From NCBI GenBank assembly GCA_964443565.1, contig CAYUCT010000003.1, forward strand, positions 1 to 59,565: a DNA stretch of 59,565 bases. Direction: 5' to 3'. The notes beneath the pieces were generated by a model. It was not told the DNA's origin. It saw only the letters and a program-made list of their open reading frames with translations, and did no database searches. The translations under genes and the position numbers were made by a program. The DNA comes from Candidatus Woesearchaeota archaeon (GTDB lineage: Archaea; Nanobdellota; Nanobdellia; Pacearchaeales; UBA284). Within the stretch, counting starts at the first letter, position 1; every line of letters begins with the position of its first letter. Below are positions 57,163 through 59,565 of the stretch, piece after piece.

Positions 57163-59565
57163 ATGGTTATTAAAAAGAAAAAAATAAGTAATACTAAAGA
57201 AGATTATACTGAAAATCAAAAAAAAGGAATAATCAATTTTTTAGAGATAGAACAAAAATGGCAAAAAAAATGGGAATTAAAAAAGGTTTTTCAAGTAAAA
57301 GAAGATAAGAAAAAACAAAAATATTATGTTTTAGAAATGTTTCCATATCCTTCTGCTAGTTTTTTGCATATGGGGCATGTAAGAAATTATTCTATTGGAG
57401 ATACAATCGCTCGTTATAAAAGAATGCGTGGATTTAATGTTCTTTATCCAATGGGTTATGATTCTTTTGGTTTACCCGCAGAAAATGCTGCAAAAAAAGA
57501 AAAAATTCATCCAAGAGAATATACTGAAAAATCAATTGAACAGATTATGGAATATCAAAAAAAATTAGGTTTGAGTTATGATTGGGACAGAGTAATTTCG
57601 ACTCACAAACCAGATTATTATAAATGGAATCAATATTTTTTTATTAAATTTTTTGAAAAAGGATTAGTTTATCGAAAAAAATCTCCTGTAAACTTTTGTG
57701 AACATTGTAACACTGTTTTAGCTAATGAAGAAGTTGAAGAAAATAAATGTTGGAGATGTTCAAATGAGGTAATTGTAAGGGATTTAGATCAATGGTTTTT
57801 TAAAATTACAGATTATGCTGAAGAATTATTAGAAGACATAAAAAAATTGCAATGGTCTGATAAAATTAAACTTATTCAAGAAAATTGGATTGGAAAGAGT
57901 GAAGGATTAGAAGTTAAATTTAAATTAAAGGATAAGATTGTTGGATTTGATGATAATTTAAAAGTTTTTACAACAAGATGTGACACAATTTACGGGGTAA
58001 CTTTTTTAGTAATCTCTGCGAAGCATAAAAAATTAAAAGAGTTTGTAAAAAATACAAAACAAGAAAAAGAAATTTCGAAATTTATTGAAAAAGTAAACAA
58101 AGAAGGAATAAATGAAGAATTAGATAAAGAAGGGGTTTTTACAGGAAGGTATGCTATTAATCCATTCACTCAAGAAGAAGTTCCAGTTTATGCTGGGAAT
58201 TTTGTTTTACCTGATTATGGAACTGGGGTAGTAATGGCAGTTCCAGCTCATGATCAAAGAGATTTTGAATTTGCAAAAAAATATAATCTTAAAATAAAAA
58301 TTGTTATTCAACCAAGAGATAAAAAATTAGAAGAAAAAAGTTTATCTGAAGCATATGTTGGAGAAGGAATATTAATTAATTCAAAAGAATTTTCCGGATT
58401 AGAAAATTTGGAATCAATAGAAAAAATAATTGAATGTGCCGAAACCAAAAATTTTGGAATGAGAATAACTAATTATCGAATTAGAGATTGGTGTATTTCA
58501 AGGCAAAGATATTGGGGAACACCGATTCCCATGATTTTTTGCGATAAATGTGGTATTGTTCCTGTTAAAGAAAAAGATCTTCCAGTTTTACTTCCAGAAG
58601 ATGTTAAATTCTCAGACATTGGAAATCCAATTAATACTAGCAAGAAATTTCAAGAAGTTAAATGCCCAAAATGCAACGCTAAAGCAAGAAGAGAAACAGA
58701 TACCATGGGCGGATTTATGGATAGTTCTTGGTATTTCTTAAGATATTGTTCTCCCCATGAAACAAAAATACCTTTTAAAAAAGAAGCAGTAGAGTATTGG
58801 ATGCCTGTAGATCAATATATTGGGGGAATAGAACATGCAGTAGGGCATTTAATCTATTCAAGATTTTTTACAAAAGCATTGAGAGATTTAGGATTATTAG
58901 ATATTGAAGAACCATTCACCAAATTATTTAACCAGGGGATAGTGTACAAAGATGGAAAAAGAATGAGTAAAAGTCAAGGAAATGCAGTTACTCAAGAAGA
59001 AATTTCTTCTAAATATGGGATTGATACTGCCAGATTATTTTTGTTATTTGTTTCTTCACCAGAATCAGATATGGAATATACTGAAGAAGGCATAGAAGGA
59101 ACATTTAGATTCATTAATAAGGTAATAAAATTATCTCAACAAGAATTTAGCGAGAGTTCTGAAAGAGTAATTAGTGCAGAAAATCAAATTATTAAAGCAT
59201 ATACTAATGATTTAGAAAATTTCAAATTTAATTTAGGAATTATAAAACTCATGAAATTTGTAGATTATTTGATTGATCAAGAAAATATTTCTAAAGAAAC
59301 TTATGAGGTTGTTCTTAAATTGTTATCCCCTTTATGCCCCCATATTGCTGAAGAGTTATGGGAAAAAATTGAAAATAAAACATTTATTTCTTTAGAAAAA
59401 TGGCCTGAATTTAATGAAAAAAAGATAAATAAGAAATTTGAAGAAGAAGATAAAAAAACAGAGCAAACATTAAATGATATTATGAATATTTTAAATATTG
59501 TTAAATCAAAAAATGAAAATCCCAAGAATATTTATTTATATGTCATCCCTCCTGAATTGCCATTA
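57163..59565 (+). CDS. leuS: Leucyl-tRNA synthetase, bacterial type (3' end beyond the window)
   Basis: [59 protein letters not shown] and KMSKS (KRMSKSQGN). The frame stays open to the window end, which is why it is absent from the ORF track. Confidence 0.92.
   Translation, partial: [801 protein letters not shown]

Overview
This is a visibly AT-rich, gene-dense contig. Its informational and core genes are archaeal: aEF-1alpha, archaeal DnaG, GatD, Hjc, ATP-dependent DNA ligase, XPD, Cdc48, type-2 MetAP, NOL1/NOP2 methylase and form III RuBisCO. That combination is what I expect from a small-genome DPANN-type archaeon. Bacterial-type genes are interspersed: a sigma-70 factor, a GGDEF domain protein, an SLT lytic transglycosylase, a bacterial-type LeuRS, MscL and a T4 endoV-like glycosylase. 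The best candidate for an undescribed system lies at 34.1-39.3 kb. It is a duplicated module of a 71-bp near-identical upstream element, a Cys-rich small ORF, an HExxH peptidase-like protein and a radical-SAM/SPASM enzyme, with a PqqD-like protein in module 1. This is RiPP-like grammar, and I do not recognise the core motif. The second notable signal is a family of intergenic hairpin arrays. Two copies share a conserved long-range scaffold (12.92-13.22 kb and 49.61-49.84 kb). Related hairpins occur at 1-30, 15.51-15.63 kb and 31.76-31.81 kb; the 15.5-kb copy is bracketed by a 27-bp duplication of the tRNA-Trp 3' end. Other items: an SMC-headed protein whose hinge appears replaced by a central CPTC zinc-hook-like motif; a minimal [FeFe]-hydrogenase H-domain-like protein; a dfx pseudogene with an in-frame TAA; a frameshifted denV-like gene; 73-bp tandem repeats upstream of dnaG; and a G+C-rich structured island upstream of a Lys-rich micro-ORF. 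All protein calls rest on motif recognition by eye. No searches were run.
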